From Burkholderiales bacterium (GTDB taxonomy: Bacteria; Pseudomonadota; Gammaproteobacteria; Burkholderiales; Ga0077523), in NCBI GenBank assembly GCA_038324085.1, contig JBBQHP010000013.1:30276-94275 (forward strand): a stretch of 64,000 nucleotides of DNA. Direction: 5' to 3'. A program made the position numbers and the translations under genes. Shown here one piece after another: positions 26,839 through 35,748 of the stretch; the first letter of the stretch is position 1, and each line of letters begins with the position of its first letter. Under the pieces are notes generated by a model, which searched no databases, had not been told where the DNA came from, and worked only from the letters and a program-made list of their open reading frames with translations.

Positions 26839-27171
26839 TTGGACACCTACTATCATCCGCAAGACCTCGGCAAGTTCAGCGACATGGGCAAAGCGAATCC
26901 CGAGCTGTGGGAGAAATTCATGGCCTACTATGGCGCCGTGTTCGCCGAAGGCGCCCTGACTGCGCGCGAGAAGGCCCTGATCGCACTCGGGGTATCGCAC
27001 GCGGTGCAATGCCCCTACTGCATCGATGCCTATACCCAGGCGTCGCTCGAGCAGGGCTCGAACATCGAGGAGATGACCGAAGCCGTGCACGTCGCCTGCG
27101 CAATCCGCGGTGGCGCTTCCCTGGTCCACGGCGTGCAGATGCGCAACGTGGCCGGGAAGCTGTCCATGTGA
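26839..27171 (+). CDS. AhpD/carboxymuconolactone-decarboxylase-fold peroxidase-like protein (arsenosugar-biosynthesis-associated type)
   Basis: CPYC redox motif at 27010-27021. TTG start lies 6 nt after AGGAG. It sits directly upstream of the ArsS-like gene, the pairing I recall for this family. Confidence 0.75.
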   Translation: MDTYYHPQDLGKFSDMGKANPELWEKFMAYYGAVFAEGALTAREKALIALGVSHAVQCPYCIDAYTQASLEQGSNIEEMTEAVHVACAIRGGASLVHGVQMRNVAGKLSM

Positions 27172-27196
27172 TCGAGATCTCCGGAGTCCGCCCGTC

Positions 27197-28237
27197 ATGG
27201 TAGTTCGCACCCTCGCATTCCGCGGCGCGGCGCTGGCCTCGAGCCGGACGCAGCTCGACACGCTGGCCCGCCCCGCCGGCTGGCCGACCTTCGACGACCG
27301 GATGGCAGCTGCCGGCCTGGGTCCGCTGCACGCCACGGGGATCGACGTGTTCCAGATCAACGTCGGCAAGTTCTGCAACCAGACCTGCCGCCACTGCCAT
27401 GTGGACGCCGGCCCGGATCGCAAGGAGCAAATGAGCCGCGAGACCGCCGAGCACTGCATGCGTGCGTTCGCGCAGACCGACATTCCCACGCTCGACATCA
27501 CCGGTGGCGCGCCCGAGCTGAACGAGAACTTCCGCTGGCTGGTGACGGAGGCGCGCGCGCTCGGTCGCCACGTGATGGATCGCTGCAATTTGAGCATCCT
27601 GCTGTTGAAGCCCCAGCAAGGGCTCGCGGAGTTCCTCGCCGAGCATCGCGTGGAGGTGGTCGCCTCGTTGCCCTACTTCCGCCCGACCCAGGCCGATGCG
27701 CAACGCGGCGAAGGTATCTTCGACAAGTCGGTCGAAGCGCTGCAGAAGCTCAATGCCCTGGGCTACGGCCGCGAGGGCAGCGGTCTCGTGCTGAATCTCG
27801 TGCACAACCCGGTGGGCGCGTTCCTGCCGCCCGCGCAGAAGAGCATCGAGGCGCAGTACCGACGCGAGCTGGCGCGGCAGTTCGACATCACGTTCAACAA
27901 TCTCTACACCATCACCAACATGCCGATCAGCCGCTTCCTCGAATTCCTGCTCGACAGCGGCAACTTCGAGGGCTACATGGAACGGATCGCGAACGCCTTC
28001 AATCCGGCGGCCGCGCAGGCGGTCATGTGTCGCAACACGATCTCGGTCGGCTGGGAAGGCACGCTCTACGATTGCGACTTCAACCAGATGCTGGAATTGC
28101 CCGTGTCCACCGGACCGGCGCCGCACGTACGCGATTTCGACGCCGCGGCGCTGGCTCGCCGCCGGATCGTGACCGCGAATCACTGCTACGGGTGCACGGC
28201 CGGGGCGGGGTCTTCGTGCGGCGGCGCGGTCGCGTGA
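27197..28237 (+). CDS. arsS: ArsS-family radical SAM protein (arsenosugar biosynthesis type)
   Basis: CNQTCRHC radical-SAM cluster motif at 27374-27397. Also has TGGAPELN and the C-terminal Cys-rich tail NHCYGCTAGAGSSCGG, characteristic of the family. Confidence 0.8.
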   Translation: MVVRTLAFRGAALASSRTQLDTLARPAGWPTFDDRMAAAGLGPLHATGIDVFQINVGKFCNQTCRHCHVDAGPDRKEQMSRETAEHCMRAFAQTDIPTLDITGGAPELNENFRWLVTEARALGRHVMDRCNLSILLLKPQQGLAEFLAEHRVEVVASLPYFRPTQADAQRGEGIFDKSVEALQKLNALGYGREGSGLVLNLVHNPVGAFLPPAQKSIEAQYRRELARQFDITFNNLYTITNMPISRFLEFLLDSGNFEGYMERIANAFNPAAAQAVMCRNTISVGWEGTLYDCDFNQMLELPVSTGPAPHVRDFDAAALARRRIVTANHCYGCTAGAGSSCGGAVA

Positions 28238-28283
28238 TGCGTCGCGCCTGATCCGGCCTCGACCCCACCGGGCAGCGCGGACC

Positions 28284-29369
28284 TCATGGCGCCAGGGCCA
28301 TGGCCGGAATGCGCTGGGCCAGCCACCAGACACCGAGCGCCCCGACCACCACCGAGATCGACCACGCGACCCTGCGATCCGGAATCTCGGTCACACCCGC
28401 GCGCCGCTCCAGCCGATCGACGCCGTGCAGCAGCAGCAGTGCCGCGGCGACGATGACCAGCTGGCCCATTTCAACGCCGATGTTGAAGGCCGCGAGCGCG
28501 GGTACCAGCGCTTCGCGCGGCAGGCCGTACTCGCGCAGCACGCTCGCGAATCCGAAGCCGTGCATCAGACCGAACACGAACGTGAGCGGCCAGCGACGAC
28601 CGACGTCGCGCACGAAGAAATTCTCCACGGCCACGTAGACGATGCTCGCGGCGATCGCCGCCTCGACCCAGGCCGAAGGCGGCGCGACCACACCCAGGAC
28701 CGCCAGCGACAGGGTGATCGAGTGCGCGAGCGTGAACGCCGTGATCACTTTCAGCAACGGCAGGAAGCGTCGGCCCCACACGATCGTGGCGACCAGGAAT
28801 GCGATGTGATCGAAGCCGATGGCGATGTGCTCGACGCCGGCCACGAGATAGCGGCCGAATACCGCCCACGGACTTTCGCTGATCGTAAGGATCTCGATCG
28901 ACGGCGTCGAGATCGACAGCAGGCCGAAGCGCCTGGAATCTCCGGTGACCGTGATCATGTGCCGCGCGCGGGCATCGATGTCGGTGAACAGGGTCGATCG
29001 GTAGACGAGCGAGCCTTTGAACGCCGGGCAAGTGAACAGCCCTGCTGCCCGTAGGTGGTCCCCGGCCGGGAGGACCGAATCCATCCGCAGGCTGCAACGC
29101 GCAGCCGCCGTGCCCAGTTCGAGGCGGGCGCCGAGATAGGCTTCGATCTTCGGTCGGGCTTCGGCCAGCGCCGCAGGATCGACGACGCCATCGGCGGTGA
29201 GCAGCTTCACCTCCAGCGCGACTTCGACGTCGCGCGCGTTGAGTTCCATCGTCACGCTGCCGAGGTGGCCGGACAGGTCCAGTTTGGCGCTCGAGAGCTG
29301 GGTATTGTGGGCCTGTGCGCTTGCGGTCAGACACAGCGCGGCCAGGAGTGCAAGGAGGCGAACGATCAT
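28284..29369 (-). CDS. HupE/UreJ-family membrane protein with N-terminal periplasmic domain
   Basis: Signal peptide is MIVRLLALLAALCLTASAQA, followed by about 150 aa of soluble region. Transmembrane segments then carry GVEHIAIGFDHIAFL, FTLAHSITL and GLMHGFGFA. The 739-aa track ORF is an over-extension. Confidence 0.75.
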   Translation of the reverse strand: MIVRLLALLAALCLTASAQAHNTQLSSAKLDLSGHLGSVTMELNARDVEVALEVKLLTADGVVDPAALAEARPKIEAYLGARLELGTAAARCSLRMDSVLPAGDHLRAAGLFTCPAFKGSLVYRSTLFTDIDARARHMITVTGDSRRFGLLSISTPSIEILTISESPWAVFGRYLVAGVEHIAIGFDHIAFLVATIVWGRRFLPLLKVITAFTLAHSITLSLAVLGVVAPPSAWVEAAIAASIVYVAVENFFVRDVGRRWPLTFVFGLMHGFGFASVLREYGLPREALVPALAAFNIGVEMGQLVIVAAALLLLHGVDRLERRAGVTEIPDRRVAWSISVVVGALGVWWLAQRIPAMALAP

Positions 29370-29473
29370 CGAATCATCGTGCGAGGTTCGAAACAAGGAC
29401 GAAGCATAGCGACGAAGCATGGCGGGCGACGACGCGGCCCGGGCCCGCGTCCGCATTCCGGACGGGGTGCGGT

Positions 29474-30553
29474 CTACCGGTGCCCGAGGCGCGTGCGGGA
29501 TTCGTCGTTCGGCAGTTGCGTCGACGGCGCCGTTCGCCCGGCGCGGACCGGTGCATGCAGCAGGGTTCTCGCGCGCAACTGTCCGCAGCCGCCGTCGATC
29601 TCCTGACCCGCCGAATGCCTGAGCTTCGCCAGCACGCCACGCTGGTGCAGCGTCCGGACCAGGGCAGCCGTCCGCTCCGCGCTGGGACGCCGGAAGTCGA
29701 GCCCGTCGACGGCGTTGTAGGCGATGAAGTTCATCACGGCGTACTTCCCCGCCAGCAGCGCGGCGATGCGATCGACTTCTTCGTCGGTATCGTTGATGCC
29801 TTCGAGCAACGTCCACTGGTACTGGATCGGATACCCGGTCGCACGTGCATAGCGTTCGCCGAGCGCCACCAGATCGACGGGATCCATACGCGGCGCCCGG
29901 GGTAGCAGACGCGCGCGCAGATCGGCCCGCGTCGAATGCAACGACAGCGCGAGGGCGGGTTTCACCGTGCCGAGCGGCAGGCGCTCGAACACGCGGGCGT
30001 CTCCGACCGTCGAGAACACCAGGTTCTTGTGCGCGATCCCGCCCAGCGTGCCGAGCAGATCCATCGCCTCGAGCACGTTGTCCAGGTTGTGCGCGGGTTC
30101 GCCCATGCCCATGAAAACGACCTTGCGCACGGTCGTCCGCAGTCGCGCGAGCGCGACCTGGGCCACCAGTTCTGCCGACCCGAGCTGCCGCGACAGCCCG
30201 CCCCGACCCGTCATGCAGAAGACGCAACCGACAGCACAGCCTACCTGGGATGAGACGCACAGACCAGCGCGCGGCAACAGCACGCTCTCGACGGTCTGCC
30301 CGTCCGCGAGCCCGAGCAGCAGGCGCACAGAGCCGTCTTGCGCCGGGTGTTCCGAGCACAGTCGCGCAAGCCCGCCCAGCTCGGTTCCCAGCGCGGGCAA
30401 CGCAGCGCGCAAACGGGCGGGCAGGAAGGCGTCGGCCTTGCGATGCCCGCTGTCCAGCGGCCGCCCCTGTGCCCAGGCCTGCAGCACGACATCCGCGTGG
30501 CACGGTTTGGCACCGTATTGGCGCAGCCTGTCGCGGACCTGTTCAATTTGCAT
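29474..30553 (-). CDS. RlmN/Cfr-family radical SAM RNA methyltransferase
   Basis: GLCVSSQVGCAVGCVFCMTG holds the cluster plus the conserved upstream Cys. FMGMGEPAHN and the C-terminal GGCGQL are also present. Whether this is the housekeeping rlmN or a paralog cannot be told from the window. Confidence 0.85.
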   Translation of the reverse strand: MQIEQVRDRLRQYGAKPCHADVVLQAWAQGRPLDSGHRKADAFLPARLRAALPALGTELGGLARLCSEHPAQDGSVRLLLGLADGQTVESVLLPRAGLCVSSQVGCAVGCVFCMTGRGGLSRQLGSAELVAQVALARLRTTVRKVVFMGMGEPAHNLDNVLEAMDLLGTLGGIAHKNLVFSTVGDARVFERLPLGTVKPALALSLHSTRADLRARLLPRAPRMDPVDLVALGERYARATGYPIQYQWTLLEGINDTDEEVDRIAALLAGKYAVMNFIAYNAVDGLDFRRPSAERTAALVRTLHQRGVLAKLRHSAGQEIDGGCGQLRARTLLHAPVRAGRTAPSTQLPNDESRTRLGHR

Positions 30554-30654
30554 GGCGGGCCGGATGCTATCACCAGGCGAGTCCGAGCGACCGATCGCAC
30601 CGTGCGCAGATTGGCGGGCGGCGATTCGCGATCGCCCGCCGGCGGGGGCGCAAG

Positions 30655-30680
30655 AAAAAACCGGCGCGTCGCCGCGCCGG
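30655..30680 (-). terminator. Rho-independent terminator after the cyclase-family gene
   Basis: The minus strand reads CCGGCGCG-gcga-CGCGCCGG followed by TTTTTTC, about 20 nt after the stop at 30701. Confidence 0.7.
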
Positions 30681-30700
30681 CCTTCGACGGTCGAAGTCGG

Positions 30701-31768
30701 TCAGTACGCCGCGAGCGGGTTGCCGGGCGAGCCGGTCGCGCCGACCAGCTTGAGCGGAGCCCACGTGAACAGGAACTCGTAGGCCTTGTCCTCGGAGAGC
30801 TGATCGAGGTCGAGGTTCTCGAAGTTGGTGATGCCGCGCCGCACGAGCAGGTTCATGTGGCAGTACACGGTCGATCCCGGAATGACCGGTGGGAACGCCT
30901 CGAGCGCCCAGGTATCGGACCCGATCATCGCGATCTTGCGCTCCGCCAGGTAGTCGCACAGTTCGGGATGCGCACCGGCCTCGCCGTCTCCGGCTTCGAT
31001 CAGGTCCTTCGCGAGCTGCTCGTCGCTCTTCACTTTTTCCCCGCCCGGCCTGCCCAGGTGATTGGTCTTCCACAGCTTGGTCCAGCCGGTACGGAGCAGC
31101 ACGACATCACCCTGGCTCGCGTCGGCGATGCCCTGCTTCTGCAACGCGGCCTTGTAATCCGCGACGGTGATCGCGTAGCCTTTCGGAAGCCGCTCGACGC
31201 CCTTCAACGCCGCGATGTCGATCAGGATGCCGCGCGTGAAGAACCCGGGCTGTTTCTCCGGGCCGTTCTTCTTGAAGCCACGGGACGTGCCTATGTCCTG
31301 CGCACGCTGGCCGTTGTACAGATACAGGCCGTCCTTCCAGCCCTGCACGCCTTCGACCCGGATCGCCCCATGCGCGAGCCCGTCCCATTGCGTGCCGACC
31401 TGCCCGATCTCCGAGGTGACCATTTCGTCGAAGAAGGCCTGGTGGAAATTGTCGCCGGGCCACGGCAGCGGCCCGATCGTCTCGTTCGTGCCGCTCGGAA
31501 TGGTCAGCGTGAACGTGCGTCCCGGAACCAGCGGCATGTGATTGCTGTAGGGCATGCCGAGTGTGGCGGTCTTGCCGCGTTTCACCAATTTCACCGCCTC
31601 GAGCCGCTTCTGGGGCGTGATGTAGTTGGCGGCGCCGATCTCGTCGTCGGGCCCATGGGCTGCAGGCCACCACTTCTCGTCCACCGGATTGTTGTCCGCG
31701 TGCGCGAGCATCACAGCGCACGTCGTGCCCAACAAACCCGCCACAAGCAACCGTATCGACTTGCTCAT
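30701..31768 (-). CDS. exported cyclase-family (kynurenine-formamidase-fold) protein with degenerate metal motif
   Basis: Signal peptide is MSKSIRLLVAGLLGTTCAVMLAHA. The sequence has the overall cyclase-family pattern. The motif region reads QVGTQWDGLAH instead of HxGTHxDxPxH. ATG at 31768 follows a GGGAGAAG RBS. Confidence 0.7.
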   Translation of the reverse strand: MSKSIRLLVAGLLGTTCAVMLAHADNNPVDEKWWPAAHGPDDEIGAANYITPQKRLEAVKLVKRGKTATLGMPYSNHMPLVPGRTFTLTIPSGTNETIGPLPWPGDNFHQAFFDEMVTSEIGQVGTQWDGLAHGAIRVEGVQGWKDGLYLYNGQRAQDIGTSRGFKKNGPEKQPGFFTRGILIDIAALKGVERLPKGYAITVADYKAALQKQGIADASQGDVVLLRTGWTKLWKTNHLGRPGGEKVKSDEQLAKDLIEAGDGEAGAHPELCDYLAERKIAMIGSDTWALEAFPPVIPGSTVYCHMNLLVRRGITNFENLDLDQLSEDKAYEFLFTWAPLKLVGATGSPGNPLAAY

Positions 31769-31920
31769 ATGCGCTTCTCCCTTTTGGTTTGAGTTGTCTT
31801 CCAGACCTCGGTATCTCTGACCGATGTCGTACCGCACGCCACGCGTCGCGCGACGCCACTGCCCTGCTGAACGATCGGCTCGGAACCGACCGGCTCGTTG
31901 TCCAGGTGATTTTTCTGCAC

Positions 31921-31950
31921 TGGTATGATGATCATGTTCTCATATAACCG
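31921..31950. promoter_or_regulatory. AT-rich palindromic segment, candidate GntR operator/promoter region
   Basis: TGGTATGATGATCATGTTCTCATATAACC contains the perfect palindrome ATGATCAT and GGTAT/ATAACC half-site-like arms. It is the most AT-rich spot between the divergent cyclase and GntR genes. Confidence 0.25.
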
Positions 31951-31956
31951 AACGCC

Positions 31957-32718
31957 TTGCGAAAAGTCACGCCCCGCCCGCCCGCGCGCGCAACGTCATC
32001 CGCTGCGCCTGCCGTCACGCCCATCCGGCGACGCAAGCTGTACCAGGAGATCGTCGATCGCCTGCTGACGCGGATTCGCGCCGGCGAATTTCCGCCGGGC
32101 GAACAACTGCCTTCCGAACGGCAACTGATGGAGACCTACGCCGTCGGTCGACCGGCGGTGCGCGAAGCGCTGTTCGCGCTGCAGCGCATGGGACTGATCT
32201 CCATCACGCACGGCGATCGCGCGAAGGTGATCGAGCTCTCGGCAGATTCCGCCATCGAGCAGGTGAGCGAGATGGCCCGGTTTCTACTCGAGACCTCTCC
32301 GGGATCGCTCGAGCACCTCAAGGAAGTACGCCGGTTCTTCGAGGTGGGCATGGTGCGCATGGCTGCCGAGAAGGCGACTGCCAGGGACATCGAACACCTG
32401 CGCCACGCCCTGGCGGAACATGAGGCCGCACTCTCCGACGGCTCCGGCTCCGCCTTCCTCGAAAAGGACATGGCGTTCCATCGCACCATCGCGGGCGTCA
32501 CGGGCAACCCGATCTTCGAGGCGTTTTCGCGCGCGATGCTCGAATGGCTGCAACGCTTTCATGTCGAACTCGTGCTCGCACCAGGTCGCGAGCCGGTGGG
32601 ACTGGCCGAGCATCAGCGCATCTTCGATTGCATCGCGAAGCACGATCCCGATGCAGCGGCCAGGGCGATGACCGCGCATCTGAAACGCGCAAGCAAGCTG
32701 TATTCGCATCCGGAGTAG
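31957..32718 (+). CDS. GntR-family transcriptional regulator, FadR/FCD subfamily
   Basis: The winged HTH is LPSERQLMETYAVGRPAVREALFALQRMGLI, followed by an FCD-like C-terminal helical domain. The only in-frame start before the HTH is the TTG at 31957. Confidence 0.8.
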   Translation: MRKVTPRPPARATSSAAPAVTPIRRRKLYQEIVDRLLTRIRAGEFPPGEQLPSERQLMETYAVGRPAVREALFALQRMGLISITHGDRAKVIELSADSAIEQVSEMARFLLETSPGSLEHLKEVRRFFEVGMVRMAAEKATARDIEHLRHALAEHEAALSDGSGSAFLEKDMAFHRTIAGVTGNPIFEAFSRAMLEWLQRFHVELVLAPGREPVGLAEHQRIFDCIAKHDPDAAARAMTAHLKRASKLYSHPE

Positions 32719-32880
32719 CCGATGAGCCAGACCGATCGCGAGATCGGCGCGCAGACCGTCTCCAGGCCTCGGCGCCCGAGCGCCCGAGGCCGGCGATCCT
32801 GATGCCGGCGGGATTCCTCGCCCTGCACGGCAGCATCCGGTACATCTGCAGCGCGCGTGCGGAAACGCGAGGGGAAATGA

Positions 32881-33717
32881 TCAGGGGCCGGCGGCCGGTC
32901 CCTCGCCACGCATCGCCTCGATCGCCTGCCCGAACAGGGTCGAGCCCGCGAGATTGGACCCACCGTCGACGACGAGCACGGTGCCGGTAACGTAACTCGC
33001 CAGCGGCGAGGCGAGGAACACGGCGGCCTGGCCGATATCGTCCACGGCGCCGAAGCGGCCGAGCGGGATGGAGCGGTAGCGGCTCGAGGCGTAGTCGTCC
33101 CCACCCAGACGTTTCATGCCCTCGGTGCCGCCGATCGGCCCCGGCACGATGCTGTTCGCCCGGATGCCGTACTTGCCCCATTCGAGCGCGAGATTCTTCA
33201 TCATCATGTCGATGCCCGCCTTCGCGGCGCCGACATGGACCTGGTAGGGAAACGGCACGTAGGCCATACCGGCCGAGATGAAGATGACGCAGCCGGCGGT
33301 CTCCTTCAGCTGGGCGAATGCGGCGCGCGTGGCATTGAAGGATCCGAGCAGGTCGATGTCCACCACGGTCTTGAATCCGTTCGGCGAGAGCTCTTCCGCG
33401 GGAATCGGAAAATTTCCGGCGGCGCCGCAGACCAGGATTCCGATCGGCCCCAGCGCGGCCCGGGCGTTCCCGAGCACGACCTCGAGCCGCGCGTAGTCGC
33501 GCACGTCCGCAGCCTCGGCATGGACCCGTGCGCCCAACGCGCGCAATTGTTCCGCGGCGAGATCGAGCTTGTCCTGCTTGCGCCCGCAGATCGCGACGTT
33601 CGCGCCGAGGGCGGCGAAGTGGCGGGCGATGCCGAGATTGATGCCCGAGCCGCCGCCCGTGATGAACACCGTCCTGTCCTGGAACAGGGTCTTCGGCAGC
33701 AGGCTTTCCACGAGCAT
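32881..33717 (-). CDS. SDR-family oxidoreductase (2,4-dienoyl-CoA-reductase-like)
   Basis: TGGGSGINLG is a Rossmann motif. The active-site region is YQVHVGAAKAG, and PGPI is also present. Confidence 0.85.
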   Translation of the reverse strand: MLVESLLPKTLFQDRTVFITGGGSGINLGIARHFAALGANVAICGRKQDKLDLAAEQLRALGARVHAEAADVRDYARLEVVLGNARAALGPIGILVCGAAGNFPIPAEELSPNGFKTVVDIDLLGSFNATRAAFAQLKETAGCVIFISAGMAYVPFPYQVHVGAAKAGIDMMMKNLALEWGKYGIRANSIVPGPIGGTEGMKRLGGDDYASSRYRSIPLGRFGAVDDIGQAAVFLASPLASYVTGTVLVVDGGSNLAGSTLFGQAIEAMRGEGPAAGP

Positions 33718-33726
33718 GGCGACCTC

Positions 33727-34170
33727 TCAGTTCATCATGTCCAGCACGACTTCGCACTGGTCGACGCATCCCTGCGTGATGACGGGATAGGACGTCGCAT
33801 TGAGGAAGCGGGTGCGATCGCCCTCGTAGATCTTCACCAGCAACGTGTAGCGGTGCCCGGGCTGGATCTGCGCCGGATCGTACTGCACCCGAAACGCGAT
33901 CGGCACCTGGCCCGGATCGCGGATCTCCACCTCGTCGAGGTTGGTCGCCACGACATCCTGCCTGGAGACGTCCTGCAACCACACCTTGACGATCGCCTGC
34001 GGGGTGAGGTCGATGCGGGGGCGATAGGTGATGGTGCCGCTGAGCGCGGTCATCCGCATCCCCGGGGGCTCCGGGGCATACGGCGCGGGACGCGATGCGC
34101 AGCCCGACAACCAGCAGGCTGCCGCCATGGCGCACAGGACAAGCATGCCCTTCGCGACGATCGCCCTCAT
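33727..34170 (-). CDS. YbaY-family lipoprotein
   Basis: Lipobox is WLSGC. LSGTITYRPRIDLTPQAIVKVWLQDVSRQD is typical of YbaY-like proteins. Its ATG overlaps the upstream stop (ATGA). Confidence 0.7.
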   Translation of the reverse strand: MRAIVAKGMLVLCAMAAACWLSGCASRPAPYAPEPPGMRMTALSGTITYRPRIDLTPQAIVKVWLQDVSRQDVVATNLDEVEIRDPGQVPIAFRVQYDPAQIQPGHRYTLLVKIYEGDRTRFLNATSYPVITQGCVDQCEVVLDMMN

Positions 34171-34547
34171 GGCATGGATACCGTCGCGAGCGGCGTGCGC
34201 CGGATCGATTTCACGTACGGAAGCGCCGCGATGGCTTCCAGTCGCCCGCGCCACTGGGGCGCCTGCGTCGAGGTGAGCACGAGAATCTCGTCGGCGGTGC
34301 AGCCGGCACGCCCCGCGACCTCGGATTCGAACTTCGCCGCCGGGTCCAGTTCGTTGATCTCCATCCGCTTCTCGATCGTGTTCGGTACGCAGAACTGATA
34401 GTTGACGACGCGTTTTCCGGCGGGCGGGCCTTCGTATCCGTCGGCGTCCACCCGGCGCAGGTCGATTCGAACCTTCTCGATGCCCTTGGGCGGGGGTGTC
34501 ACGCAGGCGCCCAGCAGGAGCACGGCGATCAGGCAGCTGATGCGCAT
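34167..34547 (-). CDS. hypothetical lipoprotein
   Basis: MRISCLIAVLLLGAC is a lipobox signal. G/C-rich third positions support coding. It starts 5 nt after the ComB-like stop. No family recognised. Confidence 0.55.
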   Translation of the reverse strand: MRISCLIAVLLLGACVTPPPKGIEKVRIDLRRVDADGYEGPPAGKRVVNYQFCVPNTIEKRMEINELDPAAKFESEVAGRAGCTADEILVLTSTQAPQWRGRLEAIAALPYVKSIRRTPLATVSMP

Positions 34548-34552
34548 CGGGA

Positions 34553-35287
34553 TCAGGCCGACACCAGCCGACCGTCCACCAGCCTCGGGACGAGATCGAT
34601 CTCGGAGCGTCGGGCGGCGTATTCGACCTCGTGGACCAGGTCCCGGTCCTGCATCATCCGCCCCACGCGCGAGCGCAGCAGCGCGTCGAACGGATCGATG
34701 GACCGGTACAGGTGCAACGCCGCGAGCGCCGCATCCGAAAGGTTGTCCTCGCCACCGAGTGCCCGGGCGAACAGTTCGACGAAATAGCCTGCGCCCACCA
34801 TGTCCTCGAGATTCACGTTGCCGGCCGAACCCGAGCAAACGATCAGCACCGTGTCGGACGGATGTTCGCGGCGCACATGATCGACCACCGCTTCGGCATT
34901 GAGCATTGCGCCGGCATACACGTGCGGCGCCCCGGACGTGCGCTGCAGCGCAACCGTGCCGTTGGTGGTCGAATAGATGAGGGTGCGGCCGGCGACGCCG
35001 TGCGCCAGCAGTGCGAGCGGCGTAGGCGACACGAACCCGTCGATGGTCTCGGCGTTCAGTTCCCCCGACGTGACGAAGGAATCCTCCGGCAACTCCGCGG
35101 CCCTGGCGCGCGCGCCCCATTCGTCGAGCGTGGGGATCACATCGGTGGCACCGTTGGCCAGCGCGGAAACGATGGTCGACGTGGCGAACAGGATGTCCAG
35201 CACCACGACGACCTTGCCGGCCAGGCGGAAACCGTCCAGGTCTTCCTTGCGGAACAGCACATGGATCTTCGGTCCGATCGTGCTCAT
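34553..35287 (-). CDS. 2-phosphosulfolactate phosphatase (ComB) family protein
   Basis: VVVVLDILFATSTIVSALANGATDVIP...STTNGTVAL...IVCSGSAGNVNLEDMVGAGYF matches the ComB family pattern. Its ATG overlaps the MaoC stop (ATGA). Confidence 0.8.
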   Translation of the reverse strand: MSTIGPKIHVLFRKEDLDGFRLAGKVVVVLDILFATSTIVSALANGATDVIPTLDEWGARARAAELPEDSFVTSGELNAETIDGFVSPTPLALLAHGVAGRTLIYSTTNGTVALQRTSGAPHVYAGAMLNAEAVVDHVRREHPSDTVLIVCSGSAGNVNLEDMVGAGYFVELFARALGGEDNLSDAALAALHLYRSIDPFDALLRSRVGRMMQDRDLVHEVEYAARRSEIDLVPRLVDGRLVSA

Positions 35288-35748
35288 GGCGCGGCCGCGC
35301 CGGCGCGCACCTTGAACAGTCCGAAACCTTCGATGGTCATGACCAGCTCGTCGTTCTGGTTGAAGACATCCCAGCGGGTCTTCACGATGCCCATCCCGGG
35401 GCGGCTGCCGGAGCGGCGGGATTCGAGCACCGTCCGCATCGCGCGAATCGTGTCGCCGGGCCGTACCGGCTTCAGCCACTTGACGTTTTCGACCCCGGGC
35501 GAGCCGAGGCTGGCGGCATCGAGCAGGTAGTTGTCGCAAACGATCCGCATGACCATGGCGCAGGTATGCCAGCCGCTGGCGATCAGGCCGCCGAAAATGG
35601 ACGCCTCGGCGGCGGCCTCGTCCACATGGAACGGTTGCGGGTCGAAGTCCTTCGCGAAGGCGATCACTTCATCGCGATCCACCAGGCGCCGACCCATCTC
35701 GGTGACCTCGCCGACCTTGAAGTCCTCCCAGAAATACTTGAACGTCAT
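35284..35748 (-). CDS. MaoC-family (R)-specific enoyl-CoA hydratase/dehydratase
   Basis: FAKDFDPQPFHVDEAAAEASIFGGLIASGWHT is a hot-dog-fold hydratase motif. Its ATG overlaps the upstream stop (ATGA). Confidence 0.85.
   Translation of the reverse strand: MTFKYFWEDFKVGEVTEMGRRLVDRDEVIAFAKDFDPQPFHVDEAAAEASIFGGLIASGWHTCAMVMRIVCDNYLLDAASLGSPGVENVKWLKPVRPGDTIRAMRTVLESRRSGSRPGMGIVKTRWDVFNQNDELVMTIEGFGLFKVRAGAAAP

Noticed and set aside
27197-28237. Selenocysteine recoding in ArsS (the family includes selenoproteins) and in fhcB (12932-14197).
   Set aside because: Both reading frames are uninterrupted, with Cys at the relevant positions (CYGCTAGAGSSCGG, CAFCGLLC). There is no in-frame TGA.
32765-32791. 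GC-rich hairpin GGCCTCGG-N11-CCGAGGCC between the convergent GntR and SDR genes.
   Set aside because: There is no flanking T- or A-tract on either strand. It could contribute to termination, but the evidence is too weak to call it a feature.
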